From Dehalococcoidia bacterium (GTDB lineage: Bacteria > Chloroflexota > Dehalococcoidia > Lucifugimonadales > GCA-2712585): a DNA stretch of 64,000 bases. Below the pieces are notes generated by a model, which saw only the letters and a list, made by a program, of their open reading frames with translations, ran no database searches and was not told the DNA's origin. This document shows, piece after piece, positions 47,920 to 57,849 of the stretch (within the stretch, counting starts at the first letter, position 1; each line of letters begins with the position of its first letter). The stretch is taken from NCBI GenBank assembly GCA_965208725.1, contig CBDBPI010000002.1:1706878-1770877 (forward strand), read 5' to 3'. A program made the position numbers and the translations under genes.

Positions 47920-49212
47920 ATGAAGCTAGTAATGTGGATACTTGCGCTGGCGTTTCTTGTGGTGCTTGCTACAGTAATTTCCCTGGCGGTCGGTTTATGC
48001 ACGTCCATAAGAGAAGGTGAATTCTATTTTCTAGAGGGCGACCTCTTAGAGGAAGGTGATGTTTCGCCTGTAATTAACCACAACGGTCCATACTCCATAC
48101 CTCAATGGTCAGTTGACGGCACTCGTATAGTATCGAGCTTTCTTAACCTGCTGGTATATCCCAAGAAATTTGATTACAAATCAAGAAATGAAGTAACAAC
48201 CTACGTCGTGACATCTAACGGTAAGGGGATAGTATCCGTCCAAGACGCTGGAGAAGCTACCATATCTCCCGATGGGTACCGCATCGCCTTTGCCATTCAT
48301 CCTAGCAGTTTAATGGGCACGTCTGGCTTGGATGGACTCAACAGGGATGCTTTCCCTCAGGCGAGAGGACAGTATCCCGTCTGGTCTCCACAGGGTGACA
48401 AAATTGCCTTCGTGCGAATTGAACCCGACGGACGCCGCTTCCTTATCTTCCCACATAAGCCCTCCGGAGTCTTCACCATTGCGCCCGACGGCTCAGACCT
48501 GCGCAAGATTGGCACTATCAACATCCCGGGGGATTCGGAAGAGAGGCCCATTGAATACAACGGCAGCCTGACATGGTCACCGGATGGAGAGAGTCTGTAT
48601 TTCCTGAACTACCAACAGGACACCATCTACAGGGTAGACACTGACGGATCTGATCTGGAGGAGTGGTTCGTCCTTCCGCTAACGGGAAACGTAGCAAGGT
48701 ATCCAATCCGTAGTCCTCTGGCATGGTCGCCGGATGGACAGCGTATGGCTTTCGTGGCCCTGGCTAATGATCGCAGCCTGAAGCTCTACAACCTTGAGAA
48801 AGATGGCTCCGGCTTCCGAGAAGCGCTTGCCACGAGCGTCCATGAATCCGGCAGCGCCCGCACAATGACAATTAGCAGCTTGGAGTGGTCGCCTGACGGC
48901 AATCACATGCTGATAACTTTCAAGAACTTTCCTGGAGGTAGATCCATACCCGAATCTGTCAATAGAAAAGTGTTGGTAGTTGACATGAGGAACTCCCAAG
49001 TGCAACAGGTTGGATACGGTCCCGCGGCATCCTGGTCTCCGGACGGGACTAGGATAGTGGTTGCCAGGAATTATGGACGGAGTGAAGCAGAGGATATAGG
49101 AGATGACATTGCTTTGCTGACCATGTCCCCTGATGGGTCAGACGTCCAGATTCTGGCTAGGTACAGAGATGAGCGTCTGATACTTGAGGATAGGTTGAAT
49201 GAAGGCAACTAG
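47920..49212 (+). CDS. PD40/TolB-like beta-propeller repeat protein with an N-terminal TM anchor
   Basis: 430 aa. N-terminal 'MKLVMWILALAFLVVLATVISLAV', then at least 8 'SPDG' repeats (ISPDGYRIAF, WSPQGDKIAF, TWSPDGESLYF, AWSPDGQRMAF, EWSPDGNHMLI, SWSPDGTRIVV, and others). Noticeably lower GC than the neighbours. Confidence 0.7.
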   Translation: MKLVMWILALAFLVVLATVISLAVGLCTSIREGEFYFLEGDLLEEGDVSPVINHNGPYSIPQWSVDGTRIVSSFLNLLVYPKKFDYKSRNEVTTYVVTSNGKGIVSVQDAGEATISPDGYRIAFAIHPSSLMGTSGLDGLNRDAFPQARGQYPVWSPQGDKIAFVRIEPDGRRFLIFPHKPSGVFTIAPDGSDLRKIGTINIPGDSEERPIEYNGSLTWSPDGESLYFLNYQQDTIYRVDTDGSDLEEWFVLPLTGNVARYPIRSPLAWSPDGQRMAFVALANDRSLKLYNLEKDGSGFREALATSVHESGSARTMTISSLEWSPDGNHMLITFKNFPGGRSIPESVNRKVLVVDMRNSQVQQVGYGPAASWSPDGTRIVVARNYGRSEAEDIGDDIALLTMSPDGSDVQILARYRDERLILEDRLNEGN

Positions 49213-49348
49213 AGAGACCTGGTGAACAGATTGGAGTACCGAAGCAACTATACGACCATTCGACTACTGAAAATCTCAGTTGAATCCGACTGAAGCTAGT
49301 CGATTTCGGTGTGTCCCGGACTCCTCTCCCCGAACAAATCCCCACCCC

Positions 49349-50803
49349 CTAAATCCGCGGCCTCCGCTGGTGCCACGGCGTCGCTTGCTCATAAGCGTGG
49401 GCCGTCGCCAGAATCACATCCTCCCGGAACGGACGCCCAATCAACTGCATCCCAATCGGCATCCCTCCCGCCTCGGGCCCCGCAAACCCGCACGGCACAT
49501 TCATCGCGGGCACATTCGAAAGCGGCACCAACGGCGTCTGGTCTGGCCCCCGCATCAGCAGGTCCGCCGCGTCCTGCTTGCTCGCAGGCATCACGTTCGG
49601 CCTGATTAACGGCGCCGTCACCCGCATCGTCGGCGACGCCAGCACGTCAAACTGCCCTAGCGCGGCGTGTACCTGTCGACGCAGCATCGACCGAAGTCTC
49701 TGCACCTTCGCGTACAACTCTCCCGGTACCAGGCTGCCCGTCAGAAACTTCACCTGCTGGTCATAGTCAAACTCCGTCAATCGCGTGTCCATCCACTCCT
49801 TGTACCTCGCTGGCATCTCCACGTACATGTGCGTGTAGAAAATCAAACGCGCCATCTGTGCCAGCGGCACCGATACTTCCTCCACCTCAGCCCCCAAATC
49901 GGAAAGCATCTCCACCCCCCGCAAAAACGCCCGACGTACCTCCGGCGTCACCTGCTCGTCCTCCGTCAGCTCCTTGATGACCCCCACCCTCAGCGACTCC
50001 CCCGAGCTGCCCGAAGGAATCGTCCCCGTCAGCGCCCCGCGAAAGTCGGGTACGGGCACGTCCGCCGTGTTCGGGTCCTTCGGGTCGTGACCGCAGATGG
50101 GCTGAAGCGTAATCGCCGCGTCCTCCACCGACCTCGACATAGGCCCTGCCTGGTCCATCGACCAGATTATCGGCATCAGCCCGTACCTGCTAACCCTCCC
50201 CCATGTCGGACGGACCCCCACAACCCCGCACCACGACGAAGGATGCCGAATCGACCCCGACGTATCCTCACCCAACGACGTTGCGCACATCCCCGACGCC
50301 ACCGCCGCGCCAGACCCCGAACTCGAAGCCCCAGGCTCATAGTCCGTGTTCCACGGATTCCGTGTCCGACCGTAGGGAAACATGAACCGGCCCCCGGACG
50401 CGAACTCGCTCATGTTCAGCTTCCCCAGCAGTACCACCCCCGCCTCCTTGATCCGCGCGATAACCGTCGCGTCCTCCTCCGGCACAAAGTCCCGCAGCAG
50501 AAACGAAGCGTTCGTCGTCCGGATCCCCTCCGTCCACATCTGGTCCTTGACCGCTATGGGAATACCGTGCAAAGGCCCCCGATACTCTCCCTGCCGGATC
50601 TCCGACTCCGCCCGACGCGCCTGCTCCAGCGCCTTCTCCGCCGTCACTGTTATGTAAGCAAACAACTTCGAGTTCAACTGCTCGGTCCGCTCCAGGTACG
50701 CCTCCGTCAACTCCACAGGCAACAATTCCCGGTTGCGCAGCAACTCCGCCTGCTCCACCACCGAGAGATAATGAAGCTCATTCTTATTCAAATCTACCTC
50801 CAA
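49349..50803 (-). CDS. Amidase-signature family amidase (GatA-like)
   Basis: 484 aa. 'LHGIPIAVKDQM' and 'GASSSGSGAAVASGMCATSLGEDTSGSIRHPSSWCGVVG' form the AS signature with the Ser-cisSer-Lys triad context. Confidence 0.85.
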   Translation of the reverse strand: MEVDLNKNELHYLSVVEQAELLRNRELLPVELTEAYLERTEQLNSKLFAYITVTAEKALEQARRAESEIRQGEYRGPLHGIPIAVKDQMWTEGIRTTNASFLLRDFVPEEDATVIARIKEAGVVLLGKLNMSEFASGGRFMFPYGRTRNPWNTDYEPGASSSGSGAAVASGMCATSLGEDTSGSIRHPSSWCGVVGVRPTWGRVSRYGLMPIIWSMDQAGPMSRSVEDAAITLQPICGHDPKDPNTADVPVPDFRGALTGTIPSGSSGESLRVGVIKELTEDEQVTPEVRRAFLRGVEMLSDLGAEVEEVSVPLAQMARLIFYTHMYVEMPARYKEWMDTRLTEFDYDQQVKFLTGSLVPGELYAKVQRLRSMLRRQVHAALGQFDVLASPTMRVTAPLIRPNVMPASKQDAADLLMRGPDQTPLVPLSNVPAMNVPCGFAGPEAGGMPIGMQLIGRPFREDVILATAHAYEQATPWHQRRPRI

Positions 50804-50974
50804 GTAACCCCTTCAATATCCACCTCTTCCCCTCCACCCACATGTCATTCTGAGGAGGCCCGCGACGAAGAATCTCGCCGCCTTTGCGCCTCACTTTCCA
50901 CTCTTGCCTCTTCCCCCTTGACGGGGGAAGATTGAGATAGGGGTGATCCTCCCCAACATCTCATTCCATCCCCC

Positions 50975-51304
50975 CTACTTCGGCGGCAGCGACAACGCGA
51001 AGCCTACCCCTCTATCCAACCAGTCCCTCAGGTCGCAATCGGAAGCAATCCCCTCGGCCTCAACCACCACAAACCCCCGCATCTGCCGACCCGTAAAATC
51101 CATAGGCCCGCAGTGTGGCGCCGACAACGCCTCTTCATAAGCGTCAGCCCCCACCCTCACCATCAGCCGCTCTCCCATAATCCCCGCCGCCATGTTCCCC
51201 TTCACCATAAACGCCAGCCCACCAAACATCTTCCTCTCCACCACCCCTTCCAACCCGTGAAGCGACTCCGACACCCGCAGCGCCAGCCCCTCATCGTACG
51301 CCAT
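50975..51304 (-). CDS. TfoX N-terminal-domain protein
   Basis: 109 aa. 'LALRVSESLHGLEGVVERKMFGGLAFMVKGNMAAGI' matches the TfoX_N pattern. Confidence 0.65.
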   Translation of the reverse strand: MAYDEGLALRVSESLHGLEGVVERKMFGGLAFMVKGNMAAGIMGERLMVRVGADAYEEALSAPHCGPMDFTGRQMRGFVVVEAEGIASDCDLRDWLDRGVGFALSLPPK

Positions 51305-51482
51305 CAGCCCTTCACTCCCTTGTTCCTGCGAAGGCAGGAACCATTACTCTGACCACGTTCAACTCTTTCCCATAAATCGCCCCTCGCCCTCATCCTACCG
51401 CTCCCTCTTCCCCTCACCCCCGCGAAAGCGGGGCCCACTCTCTATCAGTCATCAAACCTCTCCTCCGCGCCCTACCCCAAAC

Positions 51483-52676
51483 TTACTGCAACGAAGTTGC
51501 TGCCCTGAACAGCCCGAACGAGCTCGTATACCCGTGCAGATACGTCGTCCCCTGCACCGGCCCAATCTCCCCGTTGCAGAAGAACCCCCCCACCGGAATC
51601 TCCCCCATCATCTCCCGGAAAATCCCCGTGTCGTGGTCCGGCTGGCCGTACAAATACTGACCCCGCCCAAGGCACGAAAACAGCAGCGCTCCCTCCACCC
51701 CCGTCTCCCGGTACCTGTCCTTGTACTGGTTCACCATCGCCGTCAGGTCTTCAGCGGAAGTTTCCGCGTCCCTCAGGTGAAACTGCACAATCTGACCCTC
51801 CCGCAGCCGCTCCCCAATAGCCAATGCCCCATGCCGGGGGTCCATCCCCACAATGTTCCGAATCAGAAAATCGCCAAGCTGGGGATACTCCTGAAACTCG
51901 TCCATCACCACCCCCAGAAACAGCGAATGCCGAGCCAGGTCCTTGTCCCTGTCGCTAAGCACCCCGTACAGCTCCCGAAGCGCCTCCAACGCCGTCGACC
52001 CGTCCAGTTCCAGCAAAATGTTGTTCTCGCACTTGGTAACGTTCATCGGCCTGCCGATGGGACGGCACCCCTGCGCTACGATGGTGTCAATAACCACGTC
52101 ACCGTGAAACGCCAGTCCCACCGCCCCGGAGCGATGCGCCTTGCCGTCCAGCATCAACACGTTCGCCCCAGGATGTTGCCCGCCGCTCGCCATTCCCCCC
52201 ACCTTCACGCTGTACCGAAAGGCGTAGTCCAGCCCCAGCAGCAGGTTGTCGCTTCGAATCGTAAAGGGGTCCGTAATCAGCAAAAAGTTGGGACTGTCGT
52301 CGGGATTCGTCCCCACCAGCGTCTCCCAGGCGCTCGGCGATGCGTCCAGGTCCGGCAGGTCCTCGTTGGAGACATGAAACGGCGTCACCGACACCCCCGG
52401 CAGCGACGCAGCCGTCACCGAAAACCCCGCCCGCTGCTCAATCTCCTGCCCTCCGCCGATAACCCCGCCTGCCGAGCAGCCAATCAGGTGCTTCGCTCCA
52501 AGCCGCTTCGCCACCAGACCCGGAATCCGCTCGTACGACTCCCCGTGATGCGGCGAAGCGAACACCACCGCCAGGTCCACCGCCTCCGACCCAAGCTCTC
52601 CTCTGATGGATTCGACGCACGAATCCAGGGCCTCATCTACGGACGAACTCTCAGATGCAGCCGACGCCCACTTCAT
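51483..52676 (-). CDS. FIST-domain (FIST_N + FIST_C) sensory protein
   Basis: The track ORF runs to 52955, but its first 93 codons read through repeat modules. I trimmed it to the ATG at 52676, after GGAGGG. 'DLAVVFASPHH', 'LIGCSAGGVIGGG' and 'LFSCLGRGQYLYG...PVGGFFCNGEIGPV' form a typical FIST C-terminus. Confidence 0.7.
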   Translation of the reverse strand: MKWASAASESSSVDEALDSCVESIRGELGSEAVDLAVVFASPHHGESYERIPGLVAKRLGAKHLIGCSAGGVIGGGQEIEQRAGFSVTAASLPGVSVTPFHVSNEDLPDLDASPSAWETLVGTNPDDSPNFLLITDPFTIRSDNLLLGLDYAFRYSVKVGGMASGGQHPGANVLMLDGKAHRSGAVGLAFHGDVVIDTIVAQGCRPIGRPMNVTKCENNILLELDGSTALEALRELYGVLSDRDKDLARHSLFLGVVMDEFQEYPQLGDFLIRNIVGMDPRHGALAIGERLREGQIVQFHLRDAETSAEDLTAMVNQYKDRYRETGVEGALLFSCLGRGQYLYGQPDHDTGIFREMMGEIPVGGFFCNGEIGPVQGTTYLHGYTSSFGLFRAATSLQ

Positions 52677-52969
52677 CGCACCCTCCGGCAAACCAAACTC
52701 CCGCGAGTATACCAAATCCCCCCACAACCCACACCCACCCCATCCCCTCCGCTCATCCTGAGCTTGTCGAAGGGCCACCCACCCCCCCTCGTCATTTCTG
52801 CGAAAGCAGGAACCCACGGCGGGGCGGTTCAGGGGTGGTATCCTCTTTCCCCTCTTCTCTTCCTTCTGCCCCCTTGACGGGGGAAGATTGAGATGGGGGT
52901 GAAACTCCCCCCCTAGCCCCCACCCACCCTCTTGTTGCACAATAGAGCAAAACACCCCGCGGAGGCCCT

Positions 52970-55018
52970 ATGCCCAACCGACTCGCCAACGAGACCAGCC
53001 CCTATCTCCTCCAGCACGCCAACAACCCCGTCGACTGGTTCCCCTGGGGCCCCGAAGCCCTCGAAAAAGCCCGCTCGGAAGACAAGCCCATCCTCCTCAG
53101 CGTCGGCTACTCCGCCTGCCACTGGTGCCACGTCATGGAGCGCGAGTCCTTCGAAAACCAGGCCATCGCCCGCCTCATGAATCGCAGTTTCGTCAACATC
53201 AAGGTCGACCGCGAAGAACGCCCCGACATCGACGGCATTTACATGCAGGCCGTCCAGGCCATCACCGGTCAGGGCGGCTGGCCCATGACCGTCTTCCTCA
53301 CCCCCGATGGCGAACCCTTCTACGGCGGCACCTACTTCCCGCCGGAAGACCGCGGCCCCATGCCCGGCTTCCCCCGCATCCTCCTCACCATGGACCAGAT
53401 CTACCGCACCCGCCGCTCTGAGGTCACCAAAGCCTCCACAGAAATCGTCAACCGCCTCAAACAGACCAGCCAAATGAAGTCCGAGGCTAGCCTCCTCTCT
53501 CCCGACATCCTCAACGAAGCCTTCCTCCACATGGCCGCCGGCTTCGACGCTCAGAACGGCGGCTTCGGCGGCGCTCCCAAGTTCCCCCAGCCCATGAACT
53601 TCGACTTCCTCCTCCGCTACCACGACGCCACCGGCAACGAAGAGGCCCTCCACATCGTCAACCTCTCCCTCGAAAAAATGGCCCTCGGCGGCATGTACGA
53701 CCAGCTTGGCGGCGGCTTCCACCGCTACTCAACCGACAGCTACTGGCTCGTGCCCCACTTCGAGAAGATGCTCTACGATAACGCCCTCCTCAGCCGCCTC
53801 TACCTCCACGCCCACCTCGCCACCGGCCACGACCTCTATCTGCGAATCGTCCAGGAGACCCTCGACTACGTCCTCCGCGAAATGACCTCCCCCGAAGGCG
53901 GTTTCTACTCCAGCCAGGACGCCGACAGCGAAGGTGAGGAAGGCAAATTCTTCATCTGGTCCCCCGATGAAATCCGCGCCGCCCTCGGCGACCGGGACGC
54001 TGATATCTTCTGCGCCTACTACGACGTTTCAGACCAGGGCAACTTCGAAGGCAAGACAATCCTGAACGTGCCCATCGGCGCCGAAGAAGTCATCGACCGC
54101 CTCGACATCGAACCCGAAGACCTCGAAGACGCCCTACAACGCGGCAAGTCCGCTCTCCTCCCCGTCCGCAACGCCCGCATCGCCCCCGACCGCGACAACA
54201 AAATCCTCACTGCCTGGAACGGCCTCATGCTCCGCAGCTTCGCCGAGGCTGCCGCCTCCCTCCAGCGCGACGACTATTACGACGCCGCAGTCAACAACGC
54301 CCGCTTCATCACCGAAAACCTCCAGTCCAACGGACGCCTCCTCCGCACCTGGAAGGACGGCCAGGCCCGACTCAACGGCTACCTCGAAGACTACAGCTTC
54401 CTCGCCGACGGTCTCCTCGCCGTCTACGAGCTTACCCTGGATGACCACTGGCTGAACGAAGTCCAGCGACTCACCGACGATATGCTCGACCTCTTCTGGG
54501 ACCCCAACGAAGAAATCTTCTACGACACCGGCACAGACCACGAGACCCTTCTAGTTCGCCCCCGCGACGTCTTCGACAACGCCACCCCCTGCGGTTCCTC
54601 CGTCGCCGCCGACGTTCTTCTCCGCATGGCCCTCCTCACCGGCAACGAAAGCTATCGAAACGTCGCCACAGCCGCCCTCCGCGGCCTCGGTCCAATGCTC
54701 TCCCAGTACGCCAACGGCATGGGACGCTGGCTCGCCGCCCTCGGCTTCCACGTGGGCCAGCCCAAGGAAATCGCCATCGTCGGCGACCTCAACTCCGACG
54801 CCGCCCAAGACCTCCTCGACGAAATCCACCTCCGCTACCTCCCCAACCGCGTCCTCGCCGCCTCCGAGCACGGCGACCCCGCCGGCTCCCACCCCTTCCC
54901 CCTCCTCCGCCATAAGACCCTCATCGAAGGCCAACCCGCCGCATACGTCTGCCGCAACTACGCCTGTAACCTCCCAGTCACCACCCCCCAATCCCTCGCC
55001 ACCCAACTCAACACCTAA
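52970..55018 (+). CDS. Thioredoxin-domain protein (DUF255 / YyaL-like) with a six-hairpin glycosidase-like C-domain
   Basis: 682 aa. '[55 protein letters not shown]' is the canonical DUF255 N-terminus with CxxC. Confidence 0.85.
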   Translation: MPNRLANETSPYLLQHANNPVDWFPWGPEALEKARSEDKPILLSVGYSACHWCHVMERESFENQAIARLMNRSFVNIKVDREERPDIDGIYMQAVQAITGQGGWPMTVFLTPDGEPFYGGTYFPPEDRGPMPGFPRILLTMDQIYRTRRSEVTKASTEIVNRLKQTSQMKSEASLLSPDILNEAFLHMAAGFDAQNGGFGGAPKFPQPMNFDFLLRYHDATGNEEALHIVNLSLEKMALGGMYDQLGGGFHRYSTDSYWLVPHFEKMLYDNALLSRLYLHAHLATGHDLYLRIVQETLDYVLREMTSPEGGFYSSQDADSEGEEGKFFIWSPDEIRAALGDRDADIFCAYYDVSDQGNFEGKTILNVPIGAEEVIDRLDIEPEDLEDALQRGKSALLPVRNARIAPDRDNKILTAWNGLMLRSFAEAAASLQRDDYYDAAVNNARFITENLQSNGRLLRTWKDGQARLNGYLEDYSFLADGLLAVYELTLDDHWLNEVQRLTDDMLDLFWDPNEEIFYDTGTDHETLLVRPRDVFDNATPCGSSVAADVLLRMALLTGNESYRNVATAALRGLGPMLSQYANGMGRWLAALGFHVGQPKEIAIVGDLNSDAAQDLLDEIHLRYLPNRVLAASEHGDPAGSHPFPLLRHKTLIEGQPAAYVCRNYACNLPVTTPQSLATQLNT

Positions 55019-55091
55019 ACCCCCGGTTGAAAAATATATCGCCTGTGCTATATCCTTACGACTCCTAGCTCACCTGAACAGGAATAATGCG

Positions 55092-55298
55092 ATGACCCAG
55101 AAGACTCCTGAATCCATATCCAAGACCGATCAGAGCGAACGACAGGACGAGTTTGATTCAGACGACCAATCATGGTTCTGGTCTCCCGATTGGCAAGCTG
55201 AAGAAGAAGCTGCGTCACGCGAAATAGCAGATGGCGAACTCTCGCCTCCTTTCGATAACATGGAAGACGCTGCGGAGTGGCTTAATTCTCCGGAGTAA
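55092..55298 (+). CDS. Small acidic protein, candidate antitoxin
   Basis: 68 aa and very acidic ('DEFDSDDQSWFWSPDWQAEEEAASREIADGE'). Lies 6 nt upstream of a RelE/ParE-like ORF. No recognisable DNA-binding motif. Confidence 0.35.
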   Translation: MTQKTPESISKTDQSERQDEFDSDDQSWFWSPDWQAEEEAASREIADGELSPPFDNMEDAAEWLNSPE

Positions 55299-55304
55299 CC
55301 ACCC

Positions 55305-55598
55305 ATGACGGGACGTCGATTCGGACCATTGCGACTCGTGTTTGCTCCCCAATTTCGGCGGGCCCGCAGGAAGAAAACTCCAGAACTTCAACGTGCACTG
55401 GACGCCAAAGTTGAGCGCCTTCGCACCAACCCCAGTCATCCTTCTCTGCGACTGAAGAGAGTACGCAGTGTCAGATTTGAGGGAGTATGGGAAGCATCTG
55501 TCAACATGTCCTCACGCTTCACCCTTCAGTTCGCACCGGACGGCGCAAGCGTAATACTGCGCAACTGCAACGGCCACGAAGTGCTTAGATCCCCCTAG
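55305..55598 (+). CDS. RelE/ParE-superfamily toxin-like protein
   Basis: 97 aa. The pattern 'F..QFRRARRKKTPELQRALDAKVERLRTNPSHPSLRLKRV....GVWEASVNMSSRFTLQF..DG..VILRNCNGHEVL' follows the RelE/ParE layout (helical hairpin, 'nP..psL..k.l', beta sheet, terminal H-E-x-L). Confidence 0.5.
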   Translation: MTGRRFGPLRLVFAPQFRRARRKKTPELQRALDAKVERLRTNPSHPSLRLKRVRSVRFEGVWEASVNMSSRFTLQFAPDGASVILRNCNGHEVLRSP

Positions 55599-56030
55599 TG
55601 ATTTGCAGAAACACCCACCATGAACTTCCCCAACCGCGTCCTCGCCACCCAACTCAACACCTGACCAATCTCCCACCCCCCTCTTACCCTCTCCCGTCCT
55701 GGGAGAGGGTTGGGTTAGGGTCCCCCCTCTTCGTCATTCCAAACTTGCCGTCATGCAATGACCCCACGGCGGGGCGGTTGAGGGGCGGATCCTCTACCCG
55801 CTCATCCTGAGCCTGTCGAAGGATCGAGCGCCCCCTTGTTATACACCCCCTCTCCATCCTTTCCCCATTCCCGCGAAGGCGGGAATCCACCCTCAATCCA
55901 CGTCCGACTCTCCCCCTGAACACCCAACCTTCCCCCCTCTTCGTCATTCCAAACTTGCCGTCACGCAATGCCCCACGGCGGAGCGGTTCTGGAACCACCC
56001 CTTGCCTACTCCCGCTAAGCAAAATTACAT
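55599..56030. repeat. Intergenic mosaic of hairpin repeat modules
   Basis: CCCTCTCCCGTCCTGGGAGAGGGTTGGGTTAGGGT (~55684), TTGCCGTCATGCAATGACC (~55745), CGCTCATCCTGAGCCTGTCGAAGGA (55799), TTCCCGC-GAAG-GCGGGAA (~55870), TTGCCGTCACGCAATG (~55950). Confidence 0.8.
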
Positions 56031-56100
56031 ATATGTGAGAAATCACAAAAGTTGTGATTTTCTTTCACATACAGCAAACTAACCAACGATAACGGTCCAA

Positions 56101-57231
56101 ATGATTGCGTGGCAGGACACCTTGCAAGGAAGAGCCATCACAGTCTGTCTGCTACTGATAGCCTCCCTATCTTCGTTTCTCCTGGTTTCTGCTTGCGCCA
56201 TCAGCGACCTCCCACCCACGGCCCAACCCCAGACAGACCTCTCTACCCCCACGCAAACACCCTCCCCCACTGCTCCACCACAGACAGTCACCGCTGTTCC
56301 CATGCCAACATTTCCGCCCCAAACACCGCCTCCCGCAACTGCCGTTAGAACTACGCCACTCCCAACCGCTGCACCATCGCCACCAACCTCACCCACGCCC
56401 ACACTCACCCCCTCCCCAACGCCTTCTCCTACGCCGGCCCCCACTCCTCCCTCTACGCCAACGCCTATACCTGCCCCGGCTAACACCCCCTCGCCCGCCA
56501 TTGCAGCCACGCCCGTTCCAACACCCACAAGCACCCCCACACCTTCTCCCACACCCCCTCCGACTCCCACTCCAATGCCGACTCGCTCCCCTCTTGGAAT
56601 TGTAATGGACCATCTCTCCAACACCATTCCTTGGTTCTCGAATCCACAGACCTTCACGGATGAACGCGCGTGGCAAACCCTCATCAAATTATCCATCATG
56701 GATATGGAGGTCGGTTTTGCTATCGCGGGCCTCCCGTGGATTGCCGACGGTCTAACCGGTGTTGAGGATTCTACTCTGGCCGGCCTTTACGTTGTTGCAA
56801 CTACCGATGCTGGTCTGGCAAGGCTAGCCTTGGATCTTCCTTGGGTAACAGGCGAAGCAGCATATACGGGGGACGAAACGTATGGAGAGAGAAGTGCGCT
56901 TTACTCTCTGAATAACATCGCAGAATACCATCCGCAGATTGCAAGCCACGTTGTATCCCTTCCCTGGCTTAACGATGACCTGACCGATCTTGAGGTGCGG
57001 GTCCTGGGAGATTTGTCCGACCTGGCCGCCCTCGAAATGGAAGCAACCTGGCTGGCAGCAAATCTACCCTGGTTTCTCGACAGATCCGTGACCGGGGACG
57101 ATTGGAGTGTCCTTCGCAATATCGTTGATGTGGCTAGAAGTGACGTCGAGAGAGCGCGCACCCTCTTGAGAGGGCACTTCGCAGGCTCCCCTCCTCCCGT
57201 ACCTCCACAAATCATTCCAAGCGCACCGTAG
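56101..57231 (+). CDS. Putative lipoprotein with a long Pro/Thr-rich linker
   Basis: 376 aa. Signal/lipobox 'ITVCLLLIASLSSFLLVSAC', about 130 aa of P/T/S-rich low complexity (PTPTxTPSPTP repeats), then a ~190-aa globular C-domain with repeated 'LPW(I/V/L/F)xD' motifs. No family recognised. Confidence 0.5.
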   Translation: MIAWQDTLQGRAITVCLLLIASLSSFLLVSACAISDLPPTAQPQTDLSTPTQTPSPTAPPQTVTAVPMPTFPPQTPPPATAVRTTPLPTAAPSPPTSPTPTLTPSPTPSPTPAPTPPSTPTPIPAPANTPSPAIAATPVPTPTSTPTPSPTPPPTPTPMPTRSPLGIVMDHLSNTIPWFSNPQTFTDERAWQTLIKLSIMDMEVGFAIAGLPWIADGLTGVEDSTLAGLYVVATTDAGLARLALDLPWVTGEAAYTGDETYGERSALYSLNNIAEYHPQIASHVVSLPWLNDDLTDLEVRVLGDLSDLAALEMEATWLAANLPWFLDRSVTGDDWSVLRNIVDVARSDVERARTLLRGHFAGSPPPVPPQIIPSAP

Positions 57232-57561
57232 CTGAGCCGAGGAATCTCCCCTCCACCTACACTCCGTAGGGGCGACCGGCCGGTCGCCCTTCCCCTCTTA
57301 TCCCTTCCACCTCAACGGGCAAAGAGCGAGGCGGGGATGATCGCTCCAAGGAGATGTAGGGGAGACCCTTCTGGTAGCCCGCTTCTTTCTCGTCCTCTAC
57401 GCTATGCAGGGGCGGGTTTGAAACCCGCCCTCCCCTCTCTTTTTCCTGCGAAGGCAGGAACCAATTCCCTACCCGCATCCAACTGTCCCCCACCACCCCT
57501 TGACTCTCCCCCAATTCCCCCTAAACTTCACATCATCTCCCCCCCAAAAGGAGCCTCCCCC

Positions 57562-57825
57562 ATGCCCGACCCCAACAAACACGCCATCGAAATCGAATAC
57601 TGCCACGACTGAGGCCACGCCCTCCGCGCCGCCTGGATGGCCGGCGACACCCTCAACCGCATCGGCGACCGCATCTCCTCCTTCACCCTCATCCCCGGCG
57701 GCCACGGCAAGTTCGACGTCCGCATTGACGGCCAGCTCGTCGCCGAGCATCGACACGAACCCAACGCCCACATCTTCCCCGACCTCCAGGACCTCCTCAA
57801 AGCCTTCGACCAACGCGCCAACTGA
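57562..57825 (+). CDS. SelW/Rdx-family redox protein with a C-x-x-U motif (selenocysteine candidate)
   Basis: ATG at 57562, after AAAGGAG. Translation: MPDPNKHAIEIEYCHD-TGA(57610..57612)-GHALRAAWMAGDTLNRIGDRISSFTLIPGGHGKFDVRIDGQLV... The same frame runs into track ORF 57637..57825. 'IEYCxxC/U...RAAWMA' is the Rdx-family signature. Confidence 0.75.
57627..57646 (+). promoter_or_regulatory. Candidate bacterial SECIS hairpin for the SelW-like UGA
   Basis: CGCCG-CC-UGGAU-GG-(C)-CGGCG: a 7-bp stem with a one-nt bulge and a G-containing 5-nt loop. It begins 17 nt after the U of the UGA at 57610, the same spacing as in the peroxiredoxin gene. Confidence 0.4.
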
Positions 57826-57849
57826 ACCCCCACAAAGAAAGGCCCAGCC

